DNA of 64,000 nucleotides from Rhizophagus irregularis (Eukaryota), in NCBI RefSeq assembly GCF_026210795.1, contig NC_089433.1, positions 1,798,001 to 1,862,000 of the forward strand, in the 5' to 3' direction. How positions within the stretch are numbered: the stretch's first letter is position 1; each line of letters begins with the position of its first letter. The translations under genes and the position numbers were made by a program. Below, one piece after another: positions 25,369 through 39,160 of the stretch. Under the pieces are notes generated by a model that was given only the letters and a program-made list of their open reading frames with translations, searched no databases and was not told the DNA's origin.

Positions 25369-27938
25369 CATCAGGAAGTCACGGGAAAAATGTTTATTAC
25401 ATGTACATTTTTGTAGATCATGTATATTATAATATTCATTATTTTAAATTAACATGTAATATTTAACATTAATGAGCATCATCAATGAGATTTTTATCAT
25501 GATGTGCAGCATTAAATAATGATAATTCAATATTTATCAAATTTATAATTTTTTATATTAGTGCACTAGTCAAAATAGACCATGATCTACGATTAGACAT
25601 TGGTCAAATAGTGCACTAATTAAAACGTCACGCGTTACGCATATTAAAAGTTTAAAAAAGGATCATCATCTTTTTTTAAACTTTTCATTCTCTTTCATCC
25701 TTCCCCTATCATCCTTCCTTTCCCCCCTTCCCTTCCTTTATCTTCCTTTCCTTTCCCTTTGTCCCTCCCTCCCTTTCGTCCTTCCCTTCCCCCTTTTCTC
25801 ACGCCTCTTTTTCTTGGAAGTAATGTAAGTTTCATTTCGAAACTTACATATTTTTTTTTAATTTATTTTTTTTTTAATTTAAAAAACAACTTAACATTTC
25901 TTATTGTTATTTTTTTGTAGGACGCGCACTAGGAGGACGCCAGCTTGAATACTACGAAACCGGACTTTAGGTAGTGAGAAATGGGAAAGGGGAAGAGATT
26001 TTTGTTATTTTATTTTAAGAAACGAACTAACGTTTCTTTTTGTTATTCTTTTTTTGTAGGACGTGCACTAGGAAGACGCTGGCTTGAATACTACGAAACT
26101 GGACTTTAGGTAGTGATAAATGGGAAAGGGGGGAGATTTTTGTTGTTTTTAATTTAAGAAACGAACTAATGTTTCTTTCATTATTTTTTTTTTTATAGAA
26201 CAAGGACGCCGGCTTGAATACGAAACCAGACTTTAAGGTAAAAAACTGGAAAGGGGGGATTGGAGGAAGGGGACTTGAACTAAGATTCGTAAGAATCTTG
26301 GTTTTATTTATTTTTTTTTATTATTTTAGAATAGTTACTAATAACCGTTCTTTTCTTTTTAGATTTCGGATGGACTTCCGATTTTTGGAAAAGGAGAAAC
26401 CAAGATTCGTAAGTACGTACGAATCTTGGTTTTTTATTTTTATTTTTTATTATTACGAACGGTTACTAATAACCATTTTTTTTTGTTTAGGTTCGGATGG
26501 GCTTCCGAATTCCAAAGAATGGAAGACTAAAGATTCGTAACGGTAAGTACAAATTTTTTTTTATTTTTTATTTTATGGAACGGTTTACTAACCGTTCCTT
26601 TCTTTTTTTTTATAGGTTTGGTGAGCTTCTGACGAACGGAAACCAAGATTCGTAAGAATCTTGGTATTTTTTTTTTATTTTATAGAACGGTTTACTAACC
26701 GTTCCTTTCTTTCTTTTATAGGTTCGGTGGGCTTCTGACAAACGGGGAACCAAGATTCGTACGAATCTTGGTTTTTATTTATTTTTTTTATTATTATGGA
26801 ACGGTTTACTAACCATTCCTTTTTTTATTTTTATAAGTTCGGTGTCTCAGAAGAATGGAAAAACCTAAAGATTCGTAAGTACTAGTACGAATCTTTTGGG
26901 TTTTTTTTATTTTTTTTAATATTACGAACAGTTACTAACCGTTTTTTTCTTTTATTTTTTTTTTATAGGATTGGGTGGTCTTCCGAAGAACGGAAAATAA
27001 TAAACTGAGGTTCGTAAGTATTTTACTACAAACTTTAGGATTTTTTTAATATTACGAACGGTTTATTAACCGTTCTTTCTTTCTTTTTTTTAGAGGATCA
27101 GGTGGATTTCTAAAGATCGGAAAAAGGAGAACTAAGGTTCGTAAGTATTATATTACGAACCTTAGATTTATTTTTTTTTAATGCTATGAATGGTTCTAAC
27201 CATTCTTTTTGTTTTATTTTTTAGATTTCGGGTAGGCCTCCAATCTTCGGATAAAGTGGAACCAAGATTCATGAGTACGAATCTTGGTTTGTTTATTATT
27301 TTTTTTTTTAAATATTATGGAACGGTTACTATTTACTAACCGTTCTTTTTCTTTTTTTTAGGTCTCAGGTGAATTTTCGAAGAATGAAACAAGAAGATCA
27401 AGATTTGTAAGTATATACAAATCTTAACGGAACGGATTAGTAAGTTTCGAAGTTTTACTTCAAAACTTTTTTTAAAATTTTTTTTTAAATTAATTTTTTT
27501 ATTAATTCTTTTTTTATCTTTTTATTGTTAGGTTGTACTTCTTGAACAAGTTTCGAAGAATAACTGAACTTCAAACCTTTTTTTGTAGGTCACGGAGTAT
27601 TTAGTTAATTAATATAAAGATTGTAAGTTTCGTTGCGAAGCCTACTGTCTTTTTTTCATTTTCTTTAACAGTTGTTACTTTTAATAATAGAAAAATTTAG
27701 CTAATATTATTGTTATAGTGTATTTAATAAAATAAATTCAATAATATTATAAATTTAATATGATGTTTATTATCTTTAAATAATGTACATCGTTAATAGA
27801 CATTAAAATTAGGTGATGCACATCGAATATTATGACATCGGTAGTACATTGCAGGGTCCGATGTTCAGCGTTTCTTTATAATGTACATCAAATGACCGAT
27901 GTACATTTGATAAACATTTTTCCCGTGACTTCCTGATG
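25369..27938. mobile_element. Non-autonomous TIR element A (TA TSD) carrying a micro-exon/intron array
   Basis: 29-bp perfect TIR CATCAGGAAGTCACGGGAAAAATGTTTAT; TA duplicated relative to empty site TACCTCTAAGAC in other copies; no transposase ORF. Confidence 0.93.
25690..27735 (+). ncRNA. Putative multi-exon non-coding transcription unit (about 14 micro-exons)
   Basis: CT-rich leader, then repeated donor (GTAAG/GTAG) - branch (CTAAC/CTAAT) - poly-T - YAG units; AATAAA near 27726. Confidence 0.55.
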
Positions 27939-30900
27939 TAAGACTTTACTTAAACGGTGTCCTTCTGAAGGATGTTTTTCTTATGTTCCGTTATCAAGTT
28001 TGATCTGTTATTCTACGAAACCTCATACTTATATACATGCGGATACTCGCTCAGTTTCACTTTCTGCATTGTTAGGCTATGCCAAATCTCTTTTATTATT
28101 TCATCTATTTGCTTCGGTTCGGCTACCTCCTGCGCTTACCCAAGCGTCCAGGATTTCTGATATCCAACTTCCTTCTTCGGTATCTATACTTTATATTGAT
28201 GGTTCCTTCCTTCCTCCTTCTAGTCATCTGGTATTTTCGATGGCCTATGCATAGACTGCTATAGATCCTGATGGGTTTATTTTGGAATCCCATTATAATA
28301 TCATTTCTTCCATTTTTCCATCTCCTTTACGTTCAGAAGTATTTGCTTTATTGCATGGATTGGACTCCCTCCCTCGGAATTCAAAAATTACTGTCGCCAC
28401 TGATTGTGCCCAATTACTTTCTTTATGGTCTTTATATGTGAATGCTCCTTTTATTCCCAGAATGCTTAAAGAATCCAACCACCTTTTGTGGTCTTCTATA
28501 CGCACTATTATGTGGCAAAAGAATCTGGATGTTTCCTTGATTAAGGTTCATGCTCACGCTGACAACCCTTTGAATAATCATGTGGATGTATTAGCCAAAG
28601 CTGCTCATACCGACTCGCATCTTTCTTCTCATCCATCATTGAAATTGCTAGCTTCTTGCATTTTACAATTTAATTTCTTACCTGTGGATATGAATATCCG
28701 GAAATTTATTAGAGATATTTTTGATGCTAAATGTCTTTTAACTCTTGCTGTATTACCAAGATTTAATTCCTCTTCTTCGATTTCTGATATCGATTGGGCT
28801 TGCACCAAATTTTGTCTCAATAACAATAAGCAATTTGTCTCTCATCAGAATGGCCGTTCTGAGTTTTGTAGTTTCCGTATCAAACTAATATTAGATATGC
28901 TTCTGACGCTTACAACTCTTCAGAGACAAAAGCCTCATCTTTACAATCCGAGTTGGCTTTGTCCTCAATGTAACTTTTCTCCTGAGACTTTAAACCACTT
29001 GTGGACTTGTCCTTATATTTTACCAGAATTTAGTCCTTTAAAAACTTTTAAAACACTACTATTGGCTCTTCGGACTACTTATCTTGATAACTTTCTTTCC
29101 GCGTCATCTTTTATCCCTTTACCGGACACTTTTGCTGCTGAATTTATGGCTCTTAATTGTTGGGATTGTGACCCTCCTTCAATTTCCTACTTACTGCTCG
29201 CAAGAGGACTTATACCGATATCTCTTACAGAATTTCTTGGAATCTATTTCTCTTCACCTACCATATGGTCTATCTTAGATACACCTTTGCATGACTTTCA
29301 TTTTGACCTTTATGTTCAAATCTGGTTGTGCCGGTCTATTTTCTTTCATCATTGGGAATCAGCTCAAGGCATTACTAATAAAATGAAATCGTTAGCTCTT
29401 GGGCCTTCTTCTATTTCTCGCTCTTCCTCTAACATTCCTCCTGATTCTTTGACACCTTCCTTGGCGACAGTTTCCTCAGATTCCTGGGTTTCCTGGGTTT
29501 CCTCTTCTATAATCCGTGAGGGATCTTGGATTTCACATTTGGATTTTTGGCGCCGTTTAACAGTTCAGCCTCTACTTAGGATTTCTTCTTGGTAACAGAT
29601 TGGATTTTAGGATATGCTGGATAGTTGACTCACACTGGCCTTCGGGTAAAGATGGGGTATGCGTTTCTGTAATAGTTTAGTTTTTCTTTACTTAATTTTA
29701 TTTTGTTTAGATTTCTTTACTTGTATGAATCGTGAAGCTAGTTCTTTTTATTTTTTGTTTAATTTTCTATATTTTGTAATATTGTTCGATTTGATTATTG
29801 TACTTTTCGTTTAATAATTATAATAAAAGATAAAGTTAAAAGACTGTTTGCTCATAATCACCAAATAAGAGGATCATCGCAACTCTTTCCTGAATTTTTG
29901 AAAATACTAATAAAAATTTATTTTTGAAATTTTCGTTTGAAAATTTCTAAGTGCTCGTTCAAAATACTAATATTTCCACAGTTGCTTTCCTCTTTACTGA
30001 GCTTTATACTATGACTACACCTCCAGCTCCTTCTGTTATTAACCCGAATATTCCGCCGCCACCGCGTCCTGTTGTTTCTACTCCCTCTGGAGACCGACCT
30101 TTATCTCCCACTAGTACCGCTGGCGCATCTAACAAACGTTCACGCGTTGTCTCTGATGACGCTATGAATGTTGATATAACTTCACCTTCTGCTTCGGCTT
30201 CCAACCTTATTTTTACCGCTCCCTCAGGCCTTCCTGTCAACAAAGTCCAAGTGATTACCTCTTTTCGTAATACTACTACTTCTGTTGAAACTATTGACGC
30301 TTCTATCCATGCTCCCTCTAACATTAATGGTAAAGGCAAAGCTGTTGCCTTCGATATGCCAGAGCGCTGACCCTCTCCCGATGGTAATGCGGCTGCTATC
30401 AAATCCGCACCTTCTCACTACCATGCTGCGGCCTATCTACGCGACGCGCCTGACACGTTCAAAGCTAAATTTACCACCAATCGCTCCATATGTGACGAAG
30501 TGGATTGTTCACTCTCCCGATATCCTTCTTATGGCGCCCGTGCACATTGCGATAGATCAGGCGATAACAAAAAGATCCTTGTCTTCTTCAATGATCAGCA
30601 TGATTTTACCGATTGTGTCAGCTCCCCGCATGCAGATCTTCTCAATTTAGCCTTTGTTCATTATTCCCCTGCAGATGCCAAACTCAATGATGAAGCAAAG
30701 TCTTTGTTTGTTACTGACATCCCACTCTTCCTGAATGAGATGCAAGTCCGCCAGGCATTTTCCTGATATGGAACTGTGATTAAATGCAAACTCACCCCTA
30801 AGAAACATTACTACAATGGTCATATCCAGTTTTCTTCTGTGGATGCAATTGCCCAATTTGATGATATTTGGGCGATCATTTGCCTTGGTAATTCCTTACG

Positions 30901-33649
30901 TGTCTGCCCGGCATCTTTTTCAAAATGCCAACATGACAGCCGTAGAGAATATGTTGCTATTCTTGCCAGCATTCCAAAAAATATTAAAGAAGCCGACCTT
31001 TTTGAAATTGCTAATCAAGTTAATGCTAAAGCCCTTAACGTCCCACTATCTATTAACTCTTACAAGCCTAAACCCTACGCATACTTGAATTTTTCTTCAT
31101 TTGACACTCTAGAAGCTGTAAAAGAAATGACCGTAGCTTTCCATGGCAAAGGGTTGATATGGCACCCTCCCAATGAAGCACATACTTTATGCCATGTTTG
31201 TGGGCGTTCTGGTTGTTCACCTTCTGTTTGTAGTCCTTGTCCTACACGAAAAGTGGATGATCACCTTAACAAATTATATTCACGCTTCAATGCTGGTTCT
31301 TGACGTGGTCATCAGAATTCACGCCAACCGCGTGATAAATCCAATTCCCGTTCACGATCGCGATCTAATTCCAGATTTCGCAATCCATCTTCTTCATTCC
31401 GATCTAATAACAGTAATAACCGTACTAATAATACTCGTCCTGATACTTCTCGTAGTAACAACTGAACCAACAGCAATAATAATAATAACATTCCCAATAA
31501 CAATGGTTATTCTTCCGGTTCTATTCAACCTCCACCTGAGCCTCGTCCTAATAATTCTACTACACATATCTCTTCTTCTGACAATTCTGCTTATACACTT
31601 CTTCAACATATCATTGATGAGTTAAAGGCGCAGATTAAAGAGATTGCTACTACCCTCAAATCTCTTGATGAAACGGTCTCCTGGATGCAGGATACTATCA
31701 CGAATCATGATTATAGAATTTCTGAGCTCGAATCAATGATGAATTATGATAGCGGTAATCCTGGTGACTCAGATTTGTACCCACCTCATGATGATCAAGA
31801 AACTCATTCCTATAATAATGGATGGGATGATGCCCCAACCCAGGACACGAATTCAGGATTCAACCTTCTTCCTCATACTGCACCCTCTCTTATTGATACT
31901 TCTCCTGATGCTTCTTTTTCTACTTTGGATCCTAACTCTGTCTTATCACGACGACATGTCCCCTTACTTAACTCTCGACCTACTATTATTGCCCCTGATG
32001 CTAATGCTTTCCGTCTGCAATTGGAAATTTCTAATGTTACTAATACCCAAAAGAATCTTTCTGCCCAACTTGGTTCGATTATGAATAAGTTGGACTCCTT
32101 CTCCCCCTCAAAACCTTCCCCTTCTAATGATTGAACACCAACTTGATTTGGGTGATTTACAGGGACTTCACCCCCCTGACAGTGTGTTACCTGATAGTCT
32201 TAATAGCAAGATCCCTTCCTTTTCTCCTTCCCCTCTTATTAATTTTGGACAAATCAATGTTAATGGTTTATGTTCCCCTGTTAGACAATTGCACTTGTTA
32301 AATTATTTCTTGCATTCCTCATTTGGTGTTTTATCTCTAAATGATACTCGTCTTACTTCATCTAGTGCTAAATTTATTTATCAAAATGATCATTCCCAGT
32401 ATAATTTTAAGTCCTATTGGGCTCCTTTCCCTTCTAATTCATGACATCATGATGGTGTTGGTCTTTTACTTCGCCATCCTTTACATAAACATGTTCAGAA
32501 AATTGATCCCTGGAAAGGTCGTCTTTTAAAATTAGATCTTTTTTTCCATCAAACTAAAATTTCTATTATTTCAGTTTATATTCCTCCTTATCATTCTATT
32601 CATTATAAAGAACGTGATGCTATTTTTGCTCAACTTAATTTATGGCTTGATAAAGCCCGCTCTAATAACTATCACGTAGTCATCCTTGGTGATTTTAATG
32701 CAGATGAATTTTCACATTCACATCTTCCTCAACATCATTTAAAAATTTTACGATTACTTTCTTCTCGATATTTTACGGATCATTAATCCCATATTTCCTC
32801 AACTTCAGGTCCTAGTCCTACCTTTTATCATCAGAATGGTTCTTCACGACTTGATTATATTTGGTCATCCCCTGGATTTCCTGCTCCTGGTCTTTTCTCT
32901 CAAGTTGAAACTTGTCCTAAGCTGAACGATAATCAATTTACTGATCACTGTGTACTTATAACGGCCTTTGATTTTAGTTCTTGTTTCGCTACTTTAGCTA
33001 AAGCTAGATTAAAGCAGAAAAGCGAACAACGCACCATTTTTCTCTACAAGAATTTAAAAGAAGATATTTGAAAAACATTTTCCAATGAAGTAAACTCACG
33101 TCTTGAGTTGTATTTGACCACACACCATCCCTCTATATCTTTACTTTCAGCTCTTCCTTTGGACAAACTTTGGCACGCTCTTAAACGTTCTATTCTTGGT
33201 GGTGCCATTGACTCTCTACCATTTCAACATGTATCCAATACTCACCATCATAAATATTCTCCTGAGCTTACTAAGCTTATTGCTATCAACAAATTTTTGG
33301 ATAGATTATTGTTTAAATTGACCACATCTAGGCCTACACTGGTCAAAATCAATTCTATCGGGTACATATCGGGTACCTATATATCGGTGGCTAATCGGAT
33401 AAGTATCGGGTATTTTTACATATCGGGTACCCGATAGCTAAGCTATTAGTCACTGATATTGTATATCGGGCATTGATCTATCTTACACATATCAGGTACC
33501 CGATATGTAAATTTTAATACGTAAGATTTTTATTTTGTACAACGTACTGTATTATATATAATCCGTTTCAACTAAAATTTTTTATTTAAATTCATTTTTT
33601 AGATAATTTTTATAAATAATTTTCTAAGAAATTTTAAAAGTCCATTTGA

Positions 33650-36600
33650 ATAATATTTAATAGGGATTTTATTTAAGAAACTTTTAGATAGATTTTTTTG
33701 AGAAATTTTTTAAGAGTCCGTTTGGAAAAATTATTTTTTTAACTAAGAGGATCATTTAGAGCATTTTTGATAGAGAATTTTCTAAAGATTTGTTTGGAGA
33801 GATTATTTTTGAGAATTTTTTAACTAAAGGGACCGTTTGGAACATTTTTTGATAGAGAATTTTCTAAGAATTCGTTTGGGAAATGGTTTTTTGAGAATTT
33901 TTTAACTAAAAGGATCATTTGGGCATTTTTTGATTGAGAATTTTCTAAGAGTTCGTTTAGGGAAATTATTTTTTGAATTTTTTAATTAAGGGGATCGTTT
34001 AGGGCATTTTTTGATTGAGAATTTTCTAAGAGTTCGTTTAAAGAGATTATTTTTGAGAATTTTTTAACCAAAGGGACCGTTGGAACATTTTTTGATAGAG
34101 AATTTTTTTGATAGAGAATTTTCTAAGAGTTTGTTTGGAAAAATTATTTTTTGAGAATTTTTTAACTGAAGGTATCATTTGATAGAGAAATTTCTAGGAG
34201 TTCGTTTAGGAAAATTATTTTTTGTATTTTTTAATTAAGGGGATCGCTTAGGACATTTTTGATAGAGAATTTTCTAATGATTTGTTTGGAGAGATTGTTT
34301 TTGAGAATTTTTTAATTAAAGGGAACGTTTGGAACATTTTTGATAGAGAATTTTCTAAGAATTTGTTTGGGAAATGGTTTTTCAAAAATTTTTTAACTAA
34401 AAGGATCATTTAGGGCATTTTTTGATTGAGAATTTTCTAAGAGTTCGTTCAGGGAAATTATTTTTTGAATTTTTTAATTAAGGGGATTGTTTAGGGCATT
34501 TTTTGATTGAGAATTTTCTAAGAGTTCGTTTAGGGAAATTATTTTTTGAATTTTTTAATTAAGGGGATCGTTTAGGGCATTTTTTGATTGAGAATTTTCT
34601 AAGAGTTCGTTTAGGGAAATTATTTTTTGAATTTTTTAATTAAGGGGATCGTTTAGGGCATTTTTTAATAGAGAATTTTCTAAGAGTTCGTTTAGGGAAA
34701 TTATTTTTTGTATTTTTTAATTAAGGGGATCGTTTAGGGCATTTTTTGATAGAGAATTTTCTAATGATTCGTTTGGAGAGATTATTTTTGAGAATTTTTT
34801 AACCAAAGGAACCGTTGGAACATTTTTTGATAGAGAATTTTCTAAGAATTTGTTTGGGAAATGGTTTTTTGAGAATTTTTTAACTAAAAGGATCATTTAG
34901 GGCATTTTTGATTGAGAATTTTCTAAGAGTTCGTTTAGGGAAATTATTTTTTGTATTTTTTAATTAAGGGGATCGCTTAGGGCATTTTTGATAGAGAATT
35001 TTCTAATGATTCGTTTGGAGAGATTGTTTTTGAGAATTTTTTAACTAAAGGGAACGTTTGGAACATTTTTGATAGAGAATTTTCTAAGAATTTGTTTGGG
35101 AAATGGTTTTTCGAGAATTTTTTAACCTAAAGGATCATTTAGGGCATTTTTGATTGAGAATTTTCTAAGAGTTCGTTTAGGGAAATTATTTTTTGTATTT
35201 TTTAATTAAGGGGATCGCTTAGGGCATTTTTGATAGAGAATTTTCTAATGATTCGTTTGGAGAGATTGTTTTTGAGAATTTTTTAACTAAAGGGAACGTT
35301 TGGAACATTTTTGATAGAGAATTTTCTAAGAATTTGTTTGGGAAATGGTTTTTCGAGAATTTTTTAACCTAAAGGATCATTTAGGGCATTTTTGATTGAG
35401 AATTTTCTAAGAGTTCGTTTAGGGAAATTATTTTTTGTATTTTTTAATTAAGGGGATCGCTTAGGGCATTTTTGATAGAGAATTTTCTAATGATTCGTTT
35501 GGAGAGATTGTTTTTGAGAATTTTTTAACTAAAGGGAACATTTGGAACATTTTTGATAGAGAATTTTCTAAGAATTTGTTTGGGAAATGGTTTTTTGAGA
35601 ATTTTTTAACTAAAAGGATCATTTAGGGCATTTTTGATAGAGAATTTTCTAAGAGTTCGTTTGGGGAAATTATTTTTTGTATTTTTTAATTAAGGGGATC
35701 GCTTAGGGCATTTTTGATAGAGAATTTTCTAATGATTCGTTTGGAGAGATTGTTTTTGAGAATTTTTTAACTAAAGGGAACGTTTGGAACATTTTTGATA
35801 GAGAGTTTTCTAAGAATTTGTTTGGGAAATGGTTTTTTGAGAATTTTTTAACTAAAAGGATCATTTAGGGCATTTTTGATTGAGAATTTTCTAAGAGTTC
35901 GTTTAGGGAAATTATTTTTTGTATTTTTTAATTAAGGGGATCGCTTAGGGCATTTTTGATAGAGAATTTTCTAATGATTCGTTTGGAGAGATTGTTTTTG
36001 AGAATTTTTTAACTAAAGGGAACGTTTGGAACATTTTTGATAGAGAATTTTCTAAGAATTTGTTTGGGAAATGGTTTTTCGAGAATTTTTTAACTAAAAG
36101 GATCATTTAGGGCATTTTTGATAGAGAATTTTCTAAGAGTTCGTTTGGGGAAATTATTTTTTGAATTTTTTAATTAAGGGGATCGTTTAGGGCATTTTTT
36201 GATAGAGAATTTTCTAAGGATTCGTTTGAAGAGATTATTTTTGAGAATTTTTTTAACTAAAGGGAACGTTTGGAACATTTTTGATAGAGAATTTTCTAAG
36301 AGTTCGTTTGGGAAATGGTTTTTCGAGAATTTTTTAATTAAAAGAATCATTTAGGGCATTTTTTGATAGAGAATTTTCTAAGAGTGTGTTTAGGGAAATT
36401 ATTTTTTGAATTTTTTAATTAAGGGGATCGTTTAGGGCATTTTTTGATAAAGAATTTTCTAATGATTCGTTTGGAGAGATTATTTTTGAGAATTTTTTAA
36501 GCCAAAGGGATCGTTTGGAACGTTTTTGATAGAGAATTTTCTAAGAGTTCATTTGGAAATGGTTTTTCAAGAATTTTTTAACTAAAAGGATCGTTTAGGG

Positions 36601-37230
36601 CATTTTTTGATAGAGAATTTTCTAAGAGTTCGTTTGGAAAAATTATTTTTTGAGAATTTTTTAACTAAAGGGATCATTTGGGACATTTTTGATAGAGAAA
36701 ATTCTAGGAGTTTATTTGGGGAAAGTATTTTTTGAGAATTTTTTAACTGAAGGTATCGTTTGATAGAGAAATTTCCAAGAGTTCGTATAGGGAAATTATT
36801 TTTTGAATTTTTTAATTAAGGGGATCGTTTAGGGTATTTTTTGATAGAGAATTTTCTAAGAGTTTGGGGAAATTATTTTTTGAGAATTTTTTAACTGAAG
36901 TATCGTTTGATAGAGAAATTTCTAAGAGTTCGTTTAGGGAAATTATTTTTTAAATTTTTTAATTAAGGAGATCGTTTAGGGCAATTTTTGATAGAGAATT
37001 TTCTAAGAGTTTGTTTGGAAAAATTATTTTTTAAATTTTTTAATTAAGAGGATCGCTTAGGGCATTTTTGATAGAGAATTTTCTAAAGATTCGTTTGGAG
37101 AGATTATTTTTGAGAATTTTTTAACTATTTGGAACATTTTTTGATAGAGAATTTTCTAAGAGTTTGTTTGAAAAATTATTTTTTGAGAATTTTTTAACTG
37201 AAGGTATCATTTGATAGAGAAATTTCTAAG
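33650..37230. repeat. Satellite array, ~81-bp monomer (two ~40-bp halves) with 242-bp higher-order repeat
   Basis: GAGTTCG anchor at 34441, 34522, ~34603 (81 bp) and at 34927, 35169, 35411, 35653, 35895, 36137 (242 bp). Confidence 0.92.
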
Positions 37231-37695
37231 ATAATATAGTTATTGAGTATGATATATACTTCCGATGGTGTATAGTAATAAAATTCTAAAAACCGTTCAT
37301 TGTATATTATAATCCAAGTACTTACAATTCATATCTTTTTCGTTTATATAATTATCATTCGGTAAATCATCTTTGATGTTTTGTCCCTATAATAATATTG
37401 AGAAAAGTTAATTTATCATTAATTTCGTCATAATAAGAGAAGTATAGTGTAAAAAAACTATACTGTATAGATAAAAGGGGTACTGTATAAAATAAAAACT
37501 ATACTGTATAAAATAAAAAACTATACTGTATAGATAAAAAATTATACTGTATGGATAAATATAGATTTTTATCAACTATACTATACAACATCGGAGGATT
37601 CGGAGGTATATTTCATACTCAATATCGTTTAACCAGAAATGGATGCTATCGGGTATTCAGTATATCGGTATATTTGATTGGCCGATCTACACATC

Positions 37696-39160
37696 TTTTT
37701 TGTAGATTCCGGGTAAGTGTCTCGAAAAATTTTGTTTTTTATGTAAGAACGTTCATTAACGTTCTTTTACTGCTTTTTTTTTTGTAGATTTCGGCCGGAA
37801 CTTGGAAATGGAGACCGGTGAGTATTTTTAAAAGGAGGAAGCAAGTTTTTTTTTTGGTTTTTCATATGTAAGAACGTTTATTAACGTTCTTTTACTTTTT
37901 CCTTTTTGTAGATTTCGGCCTGCGAACTTGAAATTAGGATCAGTAAGAGGGAAAGCAGGAGATTTTTTTATGTAAGAACGTTTATTAATGTTCTTTACTT
38001 CTTTTTTTTGTAGATTTTAGCCTGCAATTCGGATATGGGGACCGGTGGGTATTTGAGAAGGAGGAGGTTTTTTTTTTTTATGTAAGAACGTTTATTAACG
38101 TTCTTTTATTTTTTTTGTAGATTTTGGCCTGGAACTCAGAAATAGAGACCGGTGGTGAGTATTTTTAAAGGGAAGAAGCGGATTTTTAAATTTTTCTTTA
38201 TGTAAGAACGTATATTAACGTTCTTTTATTTTTATTTTTTTTGTAGATTTCGGCCCGGAACTCAGAAATGGAGACCGGTGAGTATTTTTAAAAAGGGAAG
38301 TGGGGGTTTTTTATTTTATTTATGTAAGAACGTTTATTAACGTTCTTTTATTTCTATTTTTTTTGTAGATTTCGGCCTGGAACTCAGAAATGGAGACCGG
38401 TGAGTATTTTTAAAAAGGGAAGTGGGGGGTTTTTTATTTTATTTATGTAAGAACGTTTATTAACGTTCTTTTATTTCTATTTTTTTGTAGATTTCGGCCC
38501 AGAACTCAGAAATGGAGACCGGTGAGTATTTGGAAAAGTAGGGGTTTTTTTTGTTTTCTTTATGCAAGAACGTTTATTAACGTTCCTTTACTTCTTTTAT
38601 TGTAGATTTTAGCCCGGAACTTGAAAATGGAGACCGGTGAGTATTTCTAAATGTTTTTTTATATTTATTCATGTAAGAACGTTTATTAACGTTCTTTTAC
38701 TACCTTTTTTTTGTAGATTTTAGCCCAGAACTCGGAAATGGTGACCAGTGGTGAGTATTTTTAAAGGGAGGAAGCGGATTTTTTTAATTTTTCTTTGTGT
38801 AAGAACGTTTATTAACGTTCCTTTACTTCTTTTTTTTTGTAGATTTTAGCCCAGAACTTGGAAATGGAGACCGGTGAGTATTTCTAAAAGAGGAAGTTAT
38901 TTTTTTATATTTCTTCATGTAAGGACGTTAATAATGTTCCCTTTCTTTTTTTTATCATTTTTATTAGGGACATGGATTCTTGGATAATAATACAAACTGT
39001 AAGTTGAGTGGATGAAGGAGATTCTAAATAATTGTGATATTATGAAAAATCAGTGATTTAACTTGTTGACTGGTATATGTATGATAGGCTACCGATAGGT
39101 ACCCGATATATGACTAATTGGTATATTTAAGTAGGGTTTTGTATTATTTAAAGTAATAAA
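37696..39160 (+). ncRNA. Putative micro-exon/intron array (about 11 units of ~120 bp)
   Basis: Unit: TTTTGTAG|~31-nt exon ATTTCGGCCCGGAACTCAGAAATGGAGACCG|GTGAGT...AAGAACGTTTATTAACGTTCTT...poly-T; AATAAA at ~39155. Confidence 0.6.

Larger units (their letters stand above)
18932..29853 (+). mobile_element. LINE copy 2, full length, decayed, two nested DNA elements (ORF1 19073-21561, ORF2 21554-29595)
   Basis: Colinear with copy 1; stops and frameshifts; insertions at 19333-19695 and 25369-27938. Confidence 0.95.

Noticed and set aside
26214..26540. Protein-coding ORFs in the arrays (also 37551-37787, 49934-50143, 61990-62259)
   Set aside because: They read through poly-T intron tracts, giving F/Y/I-rich translations without domain features.
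33650..37230. Repeat-protein gene in the satellite
   Set aside because: The 242-bp period is not a multiple of 3 and the ORF track shows nothing there.
37696..38970. CRISPR array (palindromic repeats at regular spacing)
   Set aside because: Intervening sequences are homologous to each other, units carry splice signals, no cas genes, eukaryotic context.
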